Position numbers and translations under genes: made by a program. This document shows positions 41,088-51,289 of a stretch of DNA of 64,000 nt, in pieces. Source of the DNA: a virus; the IMG/VR virus record IMGVR_UViG_3300034102_002082, positions 65,857 to 129,856 of that record. The stretch is one strand, 5' to 3'. The notes beneath the pieces are model-generated. The model searched no databases, was not told the DNA's origin, and saw only the letters and a list, made by a program, of their open reading frames with translations. The stretch's first letter is position 1. Every line of letters begins with the position of its first letter.

Positions 41088-42470
41088 TCAACTATTATCA
41101 GATATCGCACCAATTAATTCTATTTTTGTCATTTCATCGAAGTTGTGCCCTACCTTGATAGATACCTTGAATCCACCATCGGTCATTAAGTTATTTATCC
41201 CAATTAGACATTCTTTACCATCATTTTTATTGAAATCAAATAATATACTATCATATCCATATAAGATAGGAATCGTTATTTTGTCCGATAAGAATGTATA
41301 TAAGTTTTCCATCACCAGACAATTTCTTTCTGTTTCGTATGCTTGTAGAATATAATTAGTTACTTTATTTGGATTTGGGTTATCTAAATGCTTATCAGAT
41401 ATAGATCTAGAAAAAATTGGTGTGTCTACATATCCGTTATTTTTAAAGTATACCCACCTATTTTTAATAAAATCGTCTACTGTTTTGTAGAATGGAATCG
41501 GTAAATATTTTTTATCGATATGACCATATAACTGAGTAAATACTTCCCCTTTTAGACTCTCTTGTTTATCTGTAGAAATTTTTGCCATTTCTCCGGTCAA
41601 CCAAACGTATAAATCCGTAAATTCCGGAAATGTAAAGTTAGTTAACTTACCGAGTAAATGTGGATGGTACGCTTTAAAATCAAACAAAACTAACATACCA
41701 TCATTACCAAACCTTGATGTGATTATTTTTCTCTGCCCATCATTTTTATGTAATGCTGCAAAATTTATACCATGAATAGAATTACTTGGTCTACCAGTTG
41801 CACTGAATATATTGTAATTATTGTAAAATAGTCCGTTCTTAGTATATTTCAACTTTTCGTATCCAAAGTGCGTTTTGAATTCTTCTTGGTCAATATTTAA
41901 TCCATGCCGTTCTATCTTGAATAGGAATGGTATAATTCTACGCACCAATGATAAGTAACCAGGTTCATATAACCCGATGTATTCCTGTGACAAGTGATCT
42001 ATTGATATATCTCGAAATTTCTCTACGTGTTTGGTTATAGGAATTATTATATTTAATCCGGAAGAATTCCTATCTCGGTAGAAAAAAGTATTTTCGTGGT
42101 TATTATCTTCTGGGATTATACCGTTATGTGAATAGTTATAAACTTCTCTATCATGGAAATTTATATTTATGAAATCGGGAAAGTAATGTAATGACTTTTT
42201 TAATTCCACGATAAAATTAAATTTATTCTCCCTTATCTTTTCCGATAGCTTATAAAAGAAATCGTCCGATTTTATCTTGTAATATTCGTCATGTAAATGA
42301 TTAACTACATAGATATTATTTCTACCTATAGAAAATATAGAAATAACTGGTCCGGTTATTTGGGGGTGAAACAAATCGTTTCCACCAATAATTTTCAATA
42401 AAAACATTTCATTTTTCGGAAATGTTAATTTATCTAAATCATCCAGACTCTTTAGGTAATTGATAACCAT
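41088..42470 (-). CDS. compact family A (PolI-like) DNA polymerase
   Basis: SATGRPS, motif A LVLFDFKAYHP, motif B K..VF..LYG, NYILQAYET, motif C variant YGYDSILFD. Confidence 0.75.
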   Translation of the reverse strand: MVINYLKSLDDLDKLTFPKNEMFLLKIIGGNDLFHPQITGPVISIFSIGRNNIYVVNHLHDEYYKIKSDDFFYKLSEKIRENKFNFIVELKKSLHYFPDFININFHDREVYNYSHNGIIPEDNNHENTFFYRDRNSSGLNIIIPITKHVEKFRDISIDHLSQEYIGLYEPGYLSLVRRIIPFLFKIERHGLNIDQEEFKTHFGYEKLKYTKNGLFYNNYNIFSATGRPSNSIHGINFAALHKNDGQRKIITSRFGNDGMLVLFDFKAYHPHLLGKLTNFTFPEFTDLYVWLTGEMAKISTDKQESLKGEVFTQLYGHIDKKYLPIPFYKTVDDFIKNRWVYFKNNGYVDTPIFSRSISDKHLDNPNPNKVTNYILQAYETERNCLVMENLYTFLSDKITIPILYGYDSILFDFNKNDGKECLIGINNLMTDGGFKVSIKVGHNFDEMTKIELIGAISDNS

Positions 42471-42471
42471 T

Positions 42472-42720
42472 TCAAACTTCTTCTATTGTGTATTCGAATT
42501 TAACAGTTCCGTCGCTATTCAATAATTGATACCCAAATTCGGTTGAGTATATTTCCAATTTAAGCATATCAGAATCATTTTTTACATATCCGTATAAAAA
42601 TTCAAATGCAGACAATATACCAGTTGGGTTTTCAAATGTGATCAACTCTTCCTTCTTTGTTTTTGTTTTTAATTTTGTAATTTTATTAATTACAAGTTTT
42701 GTCGATATTTTTTGATTCAT
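42472..42720 (-). CDS. hypothetical protein
   Basis: ORF track; TTGACA upstream on the minus strand. Confidence 0.5.
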   Translation of the reverse strand: MNQKISTKLVINKITKLKTKTKKEELITFENPTGILSAFEFLYGYVKNDSDMLKLEIYSTEFGYQLLNSDGTVKFEYTIEEV

Positions 42721-42850
42721 TTCAGATTTATAGCTGATGTTTCGTTGATGTCAACAAAAAATTGAACGGAAATCGATTATGGTTCATATTTATGTATCGA
42801 AGTCGAGCATTTGGCTCGCTAGATTAGAAAAATCCAACAAAGGAAAAACT

Positions 42851-43702
42851 ATGATTAAAAATACACAAGAAATTAACGTGCTCGTGAACGGGAACGCAGT
42901 AAAAGAATATGTTCATCAAGAACATACATACATCGAAGCTAAAGACGGTTCAAATTTTAGCATTAGATTGAAAAATAACGGAGGAAGCAGGGTAATGGCT
43001 ATTATCTCTGTGGATGGTATCGATGTAATAACCGGAGAAAAAGCATCAGATACCCAATCTGGATATGTCTTAACTCCATATTCATCAACAGAAATAAAAG
43101 GATTCAGAATTGATTCTGAATCAGTCGCGTCTTTTAAATTTACCGAAAAAGGTAAATGTAATGGATACGCCGAAATCAAAGGAGATGCATCTAATGCTGG
43201 AGTAATTGGTGTAAGAATTTATTCGGAGAAAGAAAAACTATTAACATCAAGTGAAGTTTTTAGACTTACAAAATCATTTAAAGATAAAACTTATGGTAGT
43301 TTAGGTGATCAAATTACCTGTGGTGGCTTTGTTAATACCAACTATTCTGGAGAAGTAAACTCTATGGATTTATCAACATTAAATTCATCTTTATCTTCAA
43401 TGTCTATGAACTGTAGTTATTCTACAGGTGCCAATGTATTGAGATCCGTAAATCTTTCGGAAAATACTGAAGTAAAAGGATTTGATACAGTAACAGAATT
43501 CGGAGCAAAGGCTGAGAGTAAAGTAGTTACAACGGTATTTAAAATTGGTAAATTAATATCAGAATTTTCGTTTTTATATGCGAGCAAAGAAAGTTTAAAA
43601 CAAATGGGAATTCAATTTCAAAGAATAACTGAAATTAGATTACCAGATGCATTTGATAAAAATATGAAATTTTGTACACCACCAGCTAACTGGAAGGGAT
43701 AA
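42851..43702 (+). CDS. conserved hypothetical protein
   Basis: YIEAKDG, ISVDGIDVITG, IKGFR, AGVIGV, FCTPP; AAAGGA before ATG 42851. Confidence 0.65.
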   Translation: MIKNTQEINVLVNGNAVKEYVHQEHTYIEAKDGSNFSIRLKNNGGSRVMAIISVDGIDVITGEKASDTQSGYVLTPYSSTEIKGFRIDSESVASFKFTEKGKCNGYAEIKGDASNAGVIGVRIYSEKEKLLTSSEVFRLTKSFKDKTYGSLGDQITCGGFVNTNYSGEVNSMDLSTLNSSLSSMSMNCSYSTGANVLRSVNLSENTEVKGFDTVTEFGAKAESKVVTTVFKIGKLISEFSFLYASKESLKQMGIQFQRITEIRLPDAFDKNMKFCTPPANWKG

Positions 43703-43728
43703 AAATTCAAATTATTAAATACACAAAC

Positions 43729-43762
43729 AAGTCCATTCTGAGAAATTAGAATGGACTTTTTT
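43729..43762 (+). terminator. intrinsic terminator
   Basis: AAGTCCATTCT-loop-AGAATGGACTT followed by a T run. Confidence 0.85.
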
Positions 43763-43771
43763 ATTTTTCGC

Positions 43772-43800
43772 TTGACAACTTTACCGTCGATTCATATAAT
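43772..43800 (+). promoter_or_regulatory. consensus sigma70 promoter
   Basis: TTGACA-N17-TATAAT; a second TTGACA-N17-TATTAT at 43850-43878. Confidence 0.85.
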
Positions 43801-44012
43801 GAATAAAATGTATTATAAATAATAAAAAGAAAAAATAAATATTATATTATTGACATAATATACCCGGGTTTATATTATTATTTAATAACCGGGTTATTAT
43901 ATATTCTTTATTAATATCTTTTTATTTATATATTATTAGTAATTAATACATTATATTAATATAATAATTAAGTATTGACATATGGTTATTTTTATGATTT
44001 GGTTGAAGAACT

Positions 44013-45065
44013 ATGAGAAAATTAGCATCAATTCAAAAAGTTTTAGAAATTAATCCAATAAAAGGAGCGGATAAAATCGAAGTCGCGAAAATATTGGGCT
44101 GGGAAGTTGTCATAAAAAAAGGTGAATTCACTGTCGGTGATTATGTGATCTACCTAGAAATCGATTCCTTGCTACCTAGAATGCCTTGGAATCAATTTTT
44201 ATTTAAGGATGACACGAAAGATACCTACCGACTAAAAACTGTTAAATTACGTGCGCAGATAAGCCAAGGATTGCTATTGCCTATTTCTGTTTTAAGTCAA
44301 TATGAAAATCCACCGAGTATCGAAGAAGGCTTGGAAGTAACTGAATTGTTAAAAATAACTAAATATGAACCATCTATTCCCGCTGAGTTACATGGGTTGA
44401 TTAAAGGTCAGTTTCCGTCCAGAATTCCGAAAACTGACGAACCGAGAATCCAAAATTTTCCTAATATCGTAACTGAGTGTTATGGTGTCGAGATGGTTGG
44501 AACATCTAAACTCGATGGAACTTCTGTAACTTTCTACTTGATTGATGGTGTTTTTGGTGTTTGTTCTAGAAACTTGGACTTAAAACCAACGGAAGGAAAT
44601 ACATACTGGAAAATGGCATTGAAGTATGATGTCGAAAATAAAATGAGACAAGTTCAAGAAACGATTGTGTCGAGTACCAGTGAATTTGCTAATTTCTCTT
44701 GTGCTGGTGAAATATTCGGAGAAGGAATCCAAGGAAACCCAATGGGTATAAAAGGCCAAGAATTAAATCTTTTCAGTTTGTATGATATCGATAACGCAAA
44801 ATACAAGTCACATGAAGTATTAAAACATTTCAGTGCATTAACCGGAATACCAATGGTTCCAGTTGTAATTGAAACTATTTTTGGTGATACTTTTACTGCG
44901 AAATATTTACTAGAATTTGCCGATAAATTAAACTATCCAAATGGTAGTCCAATGGAAGGAATTGTTTGGCGACCAAAGAACAAGGAAATGTATTCTGAAA
45001 TACTTAAAGGAAGATTGAGCTTCAAAACAATATCAAATTCTTTCTTATTGAAAAATGGAAATTAA
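44013..45065 (+). CDS. RNA ligase, Rnl2/DRB0094 family
   Basis: MRKLASIQ, SQGLL, KTDEPRIQN, KLDGTS, GEIFG, EGIV, FKTIS. Confidence 0.9.
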   Translation: MRKLASIQKVLEINPIKGADKIEVAKILGWEVVIKKGEFTVGDYVIYLEIDSLLPRMPWNQFLFKDDTKDTYRLKTVKLRAQISQGLLLPISVLSQYENPPSIEEGLEVTELLKITKYEPSIPAELHGLIKGQFPSRIPKTDEPRIQNFPNIVTECYGVEMVGTSKLDGTSVTFYLIDGVFGVCSRNLDLKPTEGNTYWKMALKYDVENKMRQVQETIVSSTSEFANFSCAGEIFGEGIQGNPMGIKGQELNLFSLYDIDNAKYKSHEVLKHFSALTGIPMVPVVIETIFGDTFTAKYLLEFADKLNYPNGSPMEGIVWRPKNKEMYSEILKGRLSFKTISNSFLLKNGN

Positions 45066-45895
45066 ATAAAACAAAATCCGATACCGGCTTTTGTTAATGT
45101 TTTTGTATCTTCATAATTTATGAATAATCGAGAACATTGATTTCTCGTAAATCCTCTATTCAGATTATGTAAAAATTCATTAGTAAGACCATATTTCTTT
45201 ATAAATACAGAATGAATAGGATATAGATTTCCCAAATGATCTCTTAAAATTTTTTTATTTCTTTGTCTACTCAAAGAAAACGCGGCTTTATGTGCGTCAC
45301 TTTTAGGTTTATTTTTTAATGCTGCTGATACATTTTTACCATGTGATGCTACTTTCTTTATACCTTTTAAGTTTACTGTACACTTCCTCCCCCGCATTTT
45401 GTCAGAATGACTCTTCTTTCTTTCCGGAGTCCAATATTCAGATTTCAATCTAATAGATTGTTCTAATTTCCTCGCGTCGGTCCATTGAGCCTTATGAATG
45501 GACTTCATTTTATCTCGAAATCCTTCCTTGTTCCACAGTAATATGCTAGATTTAGAGGCGTGTTTCTTTTGTTCTTCAGTGTATACATATCCCTTACCTC
45601 CTTTTGGTTTTCCATCTAATCCATTTTCCACTATTAAATTTGCCCAATCATCTGATTTTTCAATGTTGTTTTCTTTGGAGAAATTGATAGCAAATTTTTC
45701 ACATTCTGTTTTATCATAAAAAGTTCCTTCTATTTTCGTATCAACAAAATTTCCATGTTTCTTTAGATGTCTTTTCCAGAATAAACCAGAACCTTTATAT
45801 TTAAATGGATCTCTACAAGTTTTTCCGAAGTATTTTAATCCAGTAATCTTATGAGTTTTTACATATAAATAAATAGGTTCTTGTTCGTATTCCAT
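45062..45895 (-). CDS. GIY-YIG homing endonuclease
   Basis: YLYVKTHKITGLKYFGKT...YKGSG, ENGLDG; NUMOD3-like C-terminus. Confidence 0.85.
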   Translation of the reverse strand: MEYEQEPIYLYVKTHKITGLKYFGKTCRDPFKYKGSGLFWKRHLKKHGNFVDTKIEGTFYDKTECEKFAINFSKENNIEKSDDWANLIVENGLDGKPKGGKGYVYTEEQKKHASKSSILLWNKEGFRDKMKSIHKAQWTDARKLEQSIRLKSEYWTPERKKSHSDKMRGRKCTVNLKGIKKVASHGKNVSAALKNKPKSDAHKAAFSLSRQRNKKILRDHLGNLYPIHSVFIKKYGLTNEFLHNLNRGFTRNQCSRLFINYEDTKTLTKAGIGFCFI

Positions 45896-45989
45896 GTAAT
45901 ATACATATGATATCGAATAGATTTCTATTAAAATATTTTTTTAATGATGTCTGTTTTCGGAATTTTTATCACAAATTGAATACATTAAA

Positions 45990-46173
45990 TTACTTTTCGT
46001 TCAATAATTCAGAGATAATTTCCTTTATTATCTCTTTTAATTTTCTATTGGCATAATATGCCCTAACACTGGCAAGTGCTTTCTCTTTCGAGTTATGATG
46101 AGAAACCACTTTACCAGTGTTTTTTGTTTACTTTTACCCACTTTTTTCCTTGCTTTTTTATAGAATATGGCAT
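45990..46173 (-). pseudogene. small late gene with a +1 frameshift in an A6 run
   Basis: MPYSIKKQGKKWVKVNK | TGKVVSHHNSKEKALASVRAYYANRKLKEIIKEIISELLNEK; span 184 nt = 3n+1; ATATTTAT motif upstream. Confidence 0.55.
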
Positions 46174-46186
46174 AACGTATAAATAT

Positions 46187-46765
46187 ATGAAATTTAAAGA
46201 TTTTTACGTAGATGATAGGCTCGAAGAGATAAAATTGATGGTAGAGTCTCCTATGATAATGAATAGATATGACGTTGACCAATTACAGAGTATGGGGGAG
46301 AATTTTAGATTCACACAAGCAGTGACAGAGAAAATAAAATCCCCTACCGATGAATTTAACGGATACAATATTTACAGTTATATTGCAAAAGAACAAACAC
46401 ATGACCTATTCGTAAAAGATAAAATAACTTATGCATTTTTTTCATACGTCATTAAAGATGATTCAATAATAGGAAAAAAAGTCTGGCAGGAGCATTTACA
46501 TCACGGTTTTTGTAGAAAAATATTAAAAGAATTTTACTTACCAAAATATAACATAATTTCAGATGAAATATTTTCAAAAATGGGATATGGATATTACAAA
46601 AAACTTGTGTCCGAACTATTGCGAGCCGGACATAAGATAACCTGTTTTGATTACAAAACAAATGAATTATTGGAGGATATTACCGAAGTTGAACAAATAG
46701 ATAAGTATTTTGGAGATTCATCAAATAAGTTTTTCGATTACAGATTTAAGATATTTAAAAAATGA
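46187..46765 (+). CDS. hypothetical protein, possible GNAT-like fold with virion-targeting N-terminus
   Basis: Start MKFKDFY...LMVES; HHGFCRKI...IISD..FS..G...Y. Confidence 0.5.
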   Translation: MKFKDFYVDDRLEEIKLMVESPMIMNRYDVDQLQSMGENFRFTQAVTEKIKSPTDEFNGYNIYSYIAKEQTHDLFVKDKITYAFFSYVIKDDSIIGKKVWQEHLHHGFCRKILKEFYLPKYNIISDEIFSKMGYGYYKKLVSELLRAGHKITCFDYKTNELLEDITEVEQIDKYFGDSSNKFFDYRFKIFKK

Positions 46766-46932
46766 AAAAATTGTGGTCAATATGGGCAAAAACAATGGGA
46801 TCTAAAATCTCGGATAATGATAAGGAAGCTGATATATCAGCGATAATTAGAACTTTATTTTTCTTGCTTAATGTAGTAACTTGTGTTCTAATCATTATGA
46901 ATAACACAAAACAATTAGGATACTGGAAGTGA
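46762..46932 (+). CDS. small membrane protein (56 aa)
   Basis: Manual translation MKKLWSIWAKTMGSKISDNDKEADISAIIRTLFFLLNVVTCVLIIMNN... Confidence 0.65.
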   Translation: MKKLWSIWAKTMGSKISDNDKEADISAIIRTLFFLLNVVTCVLIIMNNTKQLGYWK

Positions 46933-46936
46933 ATTT

Positions 46937-47590
46937 ATGCAAATAAGATACAATTTTAAACAAAAACCAACAAGCAAGGTATGGTTCGTTTCCGACTTAC
47001 ACGCTGGACACGAGAAGGATTTTATTTTAAATCCTCGTGGGTATAAGACCGCTAAAGAAGCATATGAGGATATCTTTAACCAATGGAATGCCGTTGTAGC
47101 TCCAGAAGACATCGTTTTCAATTTAGGTGACTTAGTTGTTGGTGCCGGAACTAATAGCGAACAGGTTGCAAATGAAATGATACATGGTTTAAATGGTAAC
47201 TGGTTCTTCATTTTCGGAAATCATAATGCCGGTATAAAACAAATATATCGCAAGGAATTAAAAGAACAGTTTAATTTAGATTCCGATTATCGAGAATTAT
47301 TCCCTCTTTGGACAAAAGATGAGAAAATAACTTTCATTGGTGATTACGCTGAAATTATAGTTGACGGTCAGTTTATTATATTGGGCCATTATCCAATTGA
47401 AAGCTGGAACGAGATGGGTAAAAAATCGATCCATATTCATGGTCACTGTCACCGAAATCTACCTATTAATAAAAATCTACGTAGAATTGACGTAGGTTGG
47501 GATTATAAGAAAAGACCAGTTTCGTTCGATGAAATAAAAATCGAAATGGATAAGGTTGAATTTAAACCAATAGATCATCACGGTAAATAA
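46937..47590 (+). CDS. calcineurin-like metallophosphoesterase
   Basis: SDLH, LGD, GNH, HYP, HGHCH, DVG. Confidence 0.9.
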   Translation: MQIRYNFKQKPTSKVWFVSDLHAGHEKDFILNPRGYKTAKEAYEDIFNQWNAVVAPEDIVFNLGDLVVGAGTNSEQVANEMIHGLNGNWFFIFGNHNAGIKQIYRKELKEQFNLDSDYRELFPLWTKDEKITFIGDYAEIIVDGQFIILGHYPIESWNEMGKKSIHIHGHCHRNLPINKNLRRIDVGWDYKKRPVSFDEIKIEMDKVEFKPIDHHGK

Positions 47591-47594
47591 TATT

Positions 47595-48260
47595 ATGAGT
47601 AAGCCCAAAAATATATTTTTAGTCAGACATGGATTGTCAATTGGGAATGTGGACAGAAACGCATACAAGATCAAACCAGATTGGAAAATAGAATTAGCTG
47701 AGAAGGGACACGTACAAGCAAAAGAAGCTGGAATAAAATTAGCAACATTGATAAATACCAATGTTGCATTTTATGTATCTCCTTATAGGAGAACAAAGCA
47801 AACATTGAAGGAGATACTTGAGAGCTTCGATTCAACCTTGATATACTCTATAAAAGAAGACCCTAGATTGCGTGAGCAAGAATATGGTACCGGTAGATCA
47901 ACAAAGAGTGAACTTGATTTTGATGTGGTAGAAAAAGAAAGGATAGATTGTGGACCTTTTTTCTATCGATTGGCTGGAGGAGAGAGTCCATGTGACGTTT
48001 ACGATAGAATGACAACGTTCCTAGATACATTACATAGAGATTTCCAGAAACCAGATTTCCCAGAAAATGTTGTTATAGTTACACACGGAATGGCTATGAG
48101 AGTATTTCTTATGCGTTGGTTTCATTGGGACGTTGATTATTTTCATAGAATACGAAATCCAGAAAATTGTGGAATTGCACATATGCAGTTACAGGGAAAT
48201 GGTAAATTTTTACTAAAAACCGAAATGCAACTGAGAGAAGTTAATGAAACGGAAATGTAA
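47595..48260 (+). CDS. histidine phosphatase (phosphoglycerate mutase family)
   Basis: RHG, SPYRRTKQT, LREQEYG, GGES, THG. Confidence 0.92.
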   Translation: MSKPKNIFLVRHGLSIGNVDRNAYKIKPDWKIELAEKGHVQAKEAGIKLATLINTNVAFYVSPYRRTKQTLKEILESFDSTLIYSIKEDPRLREQEYGTGRSTKSELDFDVVEKERIDCGPFFYRLAGGESPCDVYDRMTTFLDTLHRDFQKPDFPENVVIVTHGMAMRVFLMRWFHWDVDYFHRIRNPENCGIAHMQLQGNGKFLLKTEMQLREVNETEM

Positions 48261-49131
48261 TAAGTTATTAATTCTACACAATAGGTTAACTGAATATTGT
48301 TTAGACATAGAAAAAGTAGCCAAATCCCATGGATGGGATACTTGGCGTGGAGTTGCTTCTGATGATTATATTAAAGTTTGTGAAGGATACGAAACCGTAA
48401 GATATTACGGTAACTATATCCACGCAGAATGGTTGATAAATGATTGTTCGTTTAAATTTGATTACCGACCAATCACATTATTACATTACAATACAAATGA
48501 AAATATTACTGGTAGAAAAGTTCATCTATGTGATTCTGACCAAATAGAACATACATTCACGGTAGATATTTTTGTTAAGTGCGCATTCCAAAAAAAGTTC
48601 GATCCGAGAATATTTAAAGATGGTGAAAGTCTACCACAATTCGACGAAGTAACCTCTTTATATTTACAAGAACCTATATATGATATCGATGAAGAGATTA
48701 GATGTTTCGTTGATAATTGCGAAGTAAAGACCGCTAGTTACTACGTAATATCACATGGACATTGGAATAAAGTACAATATAAAAACATAGATGATAATAT
48801 TCCACAATCCATAATAGATAAAACTAAGGAAGTTTGTATTTCTCTTGGTATTAATAATGGAATATGTTTAGATTTTTATAGAAGAAAAGGACAAGATACT
48901 TGGTTTTTACTAGAAGCTAACATACCTGCATTTTGTGGATTATATGATTGCAATGTGGAAAAAGTATTTGATGTAATAATTAATAGTCAGATAGATACGG
49001 TAGCAAACATACCATATTCTCAATTTATTAACCAACCAACATCGGAATCTGTTAGTTGGTTGAGTAAGAGAACAGGAATAACAGATATTGACACTTTAAA
49101 AAAATTAGGTAGAATACTTAACAAAAAATGA
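48244..49131 (+). CDS. ATP-grasp-like protein (DUF4343 type)
   Basis: IFVK...K, EIRCFV, CLD, LLEAN...CGLY. Confidence 0.6.
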   Translation: MKRKCNKLLILHNRLTEYCLDIEKVAKSHGWDTWRGVASDDYIKVCEGYETVRYYGNYIHAEWLINDCSFKFDYRPITLLHYNTNENITGRKVHLCDSDQIEHTFTVDIFVKCAFQKKFDPRIFKDGESLPQFDEVTSLYLQEPIYDIDEEIRCFVDNCEVKTASYYVISHGHWNKVQYKNIDDNIPQSIIDKTKEVCISLGINNGICLDFYRRKGQDTWFLLEANIPAFCGLYDCNVEKVFDVIINSQIDTVANIPYSQFINQPTSESVSWLSKRTGITDIDTLKKLGRILNKK

Positions 49132-49376
49132 AAGTTATTAAACAATTAAAATGCCCATGGTCAACGGGATTGTGGCACGCTTTTGCTGGTGTCCTTGGCT
49201 ACGATGATGAATTTAAACCAATTCGAGAAGAATTGTTGAAGCAGGGTATGACTGAACATGATATATATCATATACATTTTAAGAATTGGATAGATGAAGA
49301 ATTTCCAAAACGCACAGCTAAGATAGAAGCCGAAACCGGATTACCAAACGGATATTATTGGTCAGATACACCATAA
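49128..49376 (+). CDS. hypothetical protein
   Basis: ORF track, tight packing. Confidence 0.5.
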   Translation: MKVIKQLKCPWSTGLWHAFAGVLGYDDEFKPIREELLKQGMTEHDIYHIHFKNWIDEEFPKRTAKIEAETGLPNGYYWSDTP

Positions 49377-49443
49377 AACAAATATCGCGTCATTACTGAT
49401 TTTCTGTTGACAAACGGAAAATATCCATTACATTTCGGTTGAA

Positions 49444-50559
49444 ATGAAAACCGCTTTATTCACAGGATCTTTTGATCCGGTAACCAAAGGACATCTGGAT
49501 CTAATAAAAAGATCATCCGAAATCTTCCATAAAGTAATTGTTGGTGTCGGAATAAACCCAACGAAGAAATATACATTTTCAATAGAACAGAGAGTAAATT
49601 TCATAAAACACAACACGCTTATGTTGAAGAACGTAGAAGTGTTAGCAATGGAAGACGGAAAGCTTTCTGCTGATATGGCGTATGAACACCAAGCCGTTAT
49701 AATAAAAGGAGTAAGGATAAACGCAGATTTTGATTATGAACGATTAATGGATGATATCAATAAGCTACATTGTCGCGGAGTCGATACTATGATATTCCCT
49801 TGCAGACCAGAACTAAGCCATGTTAGTTCAAGCGCAACCAAAGAGGTATGTAAGCTAAATGGGAACACGGAAGATTTTGTTACGTTGGGTGTAAAGGACG
49901 CACTAGAACAGTCAAATGGACAATTTAGAATCGGGTTGACTGGATCTATAGCTTCTGGAAAATCTACGTTAATGCGTGAGATCGAGAAAAAATTAGGAGA
50001 TAAAGTATTTAATGTTGATTTGGATATAATAGCACATGATATATTATTTCTAAGAATAGAACCGATTTATTTAAAAATAAGGAGCGATCTACAGACAAAA
50101 TTTGGGATATCCGAATGGAATAAGAGAAGTCTTGCGGAGGTAATATTCACAGACCCAACCAAAAGAGAATATCTAAACTCGTCAATCAGACAGTCTATAT
50201 TTACGAGAATACGGTCTGAATTACATAATAAGAAGGGACTAATAGTATTCAATAGCGCACTTTTAGTTGAGGCTGATATGTTGGATTTTGTTAATAATAA
50301 TGTGGTTTTCACAAGAACTCCATACGAAGTTCAGCTAGAGAGACTATTAAAACGAGGCCACGATAGAAATCAATGTGTACAAAGATTAAATTCGCAGTTG
50401 TCATACGATTCTAAAATGGAAAGAGCATTGGATAAAATAGATAACGATAGATATGGAAAAGTTATAACAATAGACACATATGAAACACCAGAATCCGAAT
50501 TGTGTGTTGTTGTAGATTTAATATTAAAGTTTTTTAATTACGATATAAAACATGAGTAA
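49444..50559 (+). CDS. phosphopantetheine adenylyltransferase - dephospho-CoA kinase fusion (CoaD-CoaE)
   Basis: TGSFDPVTKGH, KGVR...DFDYE, VSSS; then IGLTGSIASGKST, DLDIIAH, LAEVIF, ALLVE, RLNSQ. Confidence 0.88.
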   Translation: MKTALFTGSFDPVTKGHLDLIKRSSEIFHKVIVGVGINPTKKYTFSIEQRVNFIKHNTLMLKNVEVLAMEDGKLSADMAYEHQAVIIKGVRINADFDYERLMDDINKLHCRGVDTMIFPCRPELSHVSSSATKEVCKLNGNTEDFVTLGVKDALEQSNGQFRIGLTGSIASGKSTLMREIEKKLGDKVFNVDLDIIAHDILFLRIEPIYLKIRSDLQTKFGISEWNKRSLAEVIFTDPTKREYLNSSIRQSIFTRIRSELHNKKGLIVFNSALLVEADMLDFVNNNVVFTRTPYEVQLERLLKRGHDRNQCVQRLNSQLSYDSKMERALDKIDNDRYGKVITIDTYETPESELCVVVDLILKFFNYDIKHE

Positions 50560-51286
50560 AACGATTAACGAGAAATCAAACTACCGAAATGAACCTCAAT
50601 TAACTCCATTAGAGTATACCTTTCAGCTTTCTCCAGAACGTAAATGTAAAGTATTTTTGAATGCAAATTGGATTGTTAGGCTTAGTGAAGATCATAAACT
50701 TATTGAAGAGAACAAATTAAGGAATAAATTATGATACCTTACTTAAAATTTTATGAAATTATTCACATCATGTCAGTAGAAGATTTTGAAATACCCGTAT
50801 CACGAGAAGAATTCGATCTATTTCGTAGCACGTTCGGTGTACGTGGAAAAAGTCACACGGACGAAGATTATTATGACTATACCCAATGCATTAAACAAAT
50901 TAACTTTGGTATAGAAAAAGATATAGGAAAAGAAAAAATTCTATGTAAAAAAGTAATGGTTGGAGAGAATACAGATTTAACAATAATAGAAAAAGAAAAG
51001 GGATTCGTAAAATGGATAACTTAAAAAGTAAATATAGAAATACAATAGAATTTTAAAGAAAATGAATAACGAAATTAAATTAACAAGTTCCGATTGGAAT
51101 TCAAAATTATGTAAAAAACTTGGAGTTCTCCATGTTATTAATAACCCAGATGGGTGGGATAGAGCAAACTTCTCAAGATCATATTACGAAGAAAAAGTCA
51201 CAAAATCAGAATTTATTGCTAGACTTTCGGTATCAACTCTGATAGGTTCTCCTTTAGAACTAACAAAAGCACTAGACGAAATCTAA
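50552..51286 (+). other. three small hypothetical ORFs (50552-50734, 50731-51024, 51062-51286)
   Basis: ORF track, co-directional tight packing. Confidence 0.5.
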
Positions 51287-51289
51287 AAA

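Noticed and set aside
42799-42813. CGAGC-ATTTG-GCTCG hairpin as a riboswitch
   Set aside because: A single 5-bp stem with no recognisable aptamer; insufficient evidence.
46178-46185. T4-type TATAAATA late promoter for the 46187 gene
   Set aside because: It is too close to that ATG and is better explained as the minus-strand TATTTATA motif of the gene starting at 46173.
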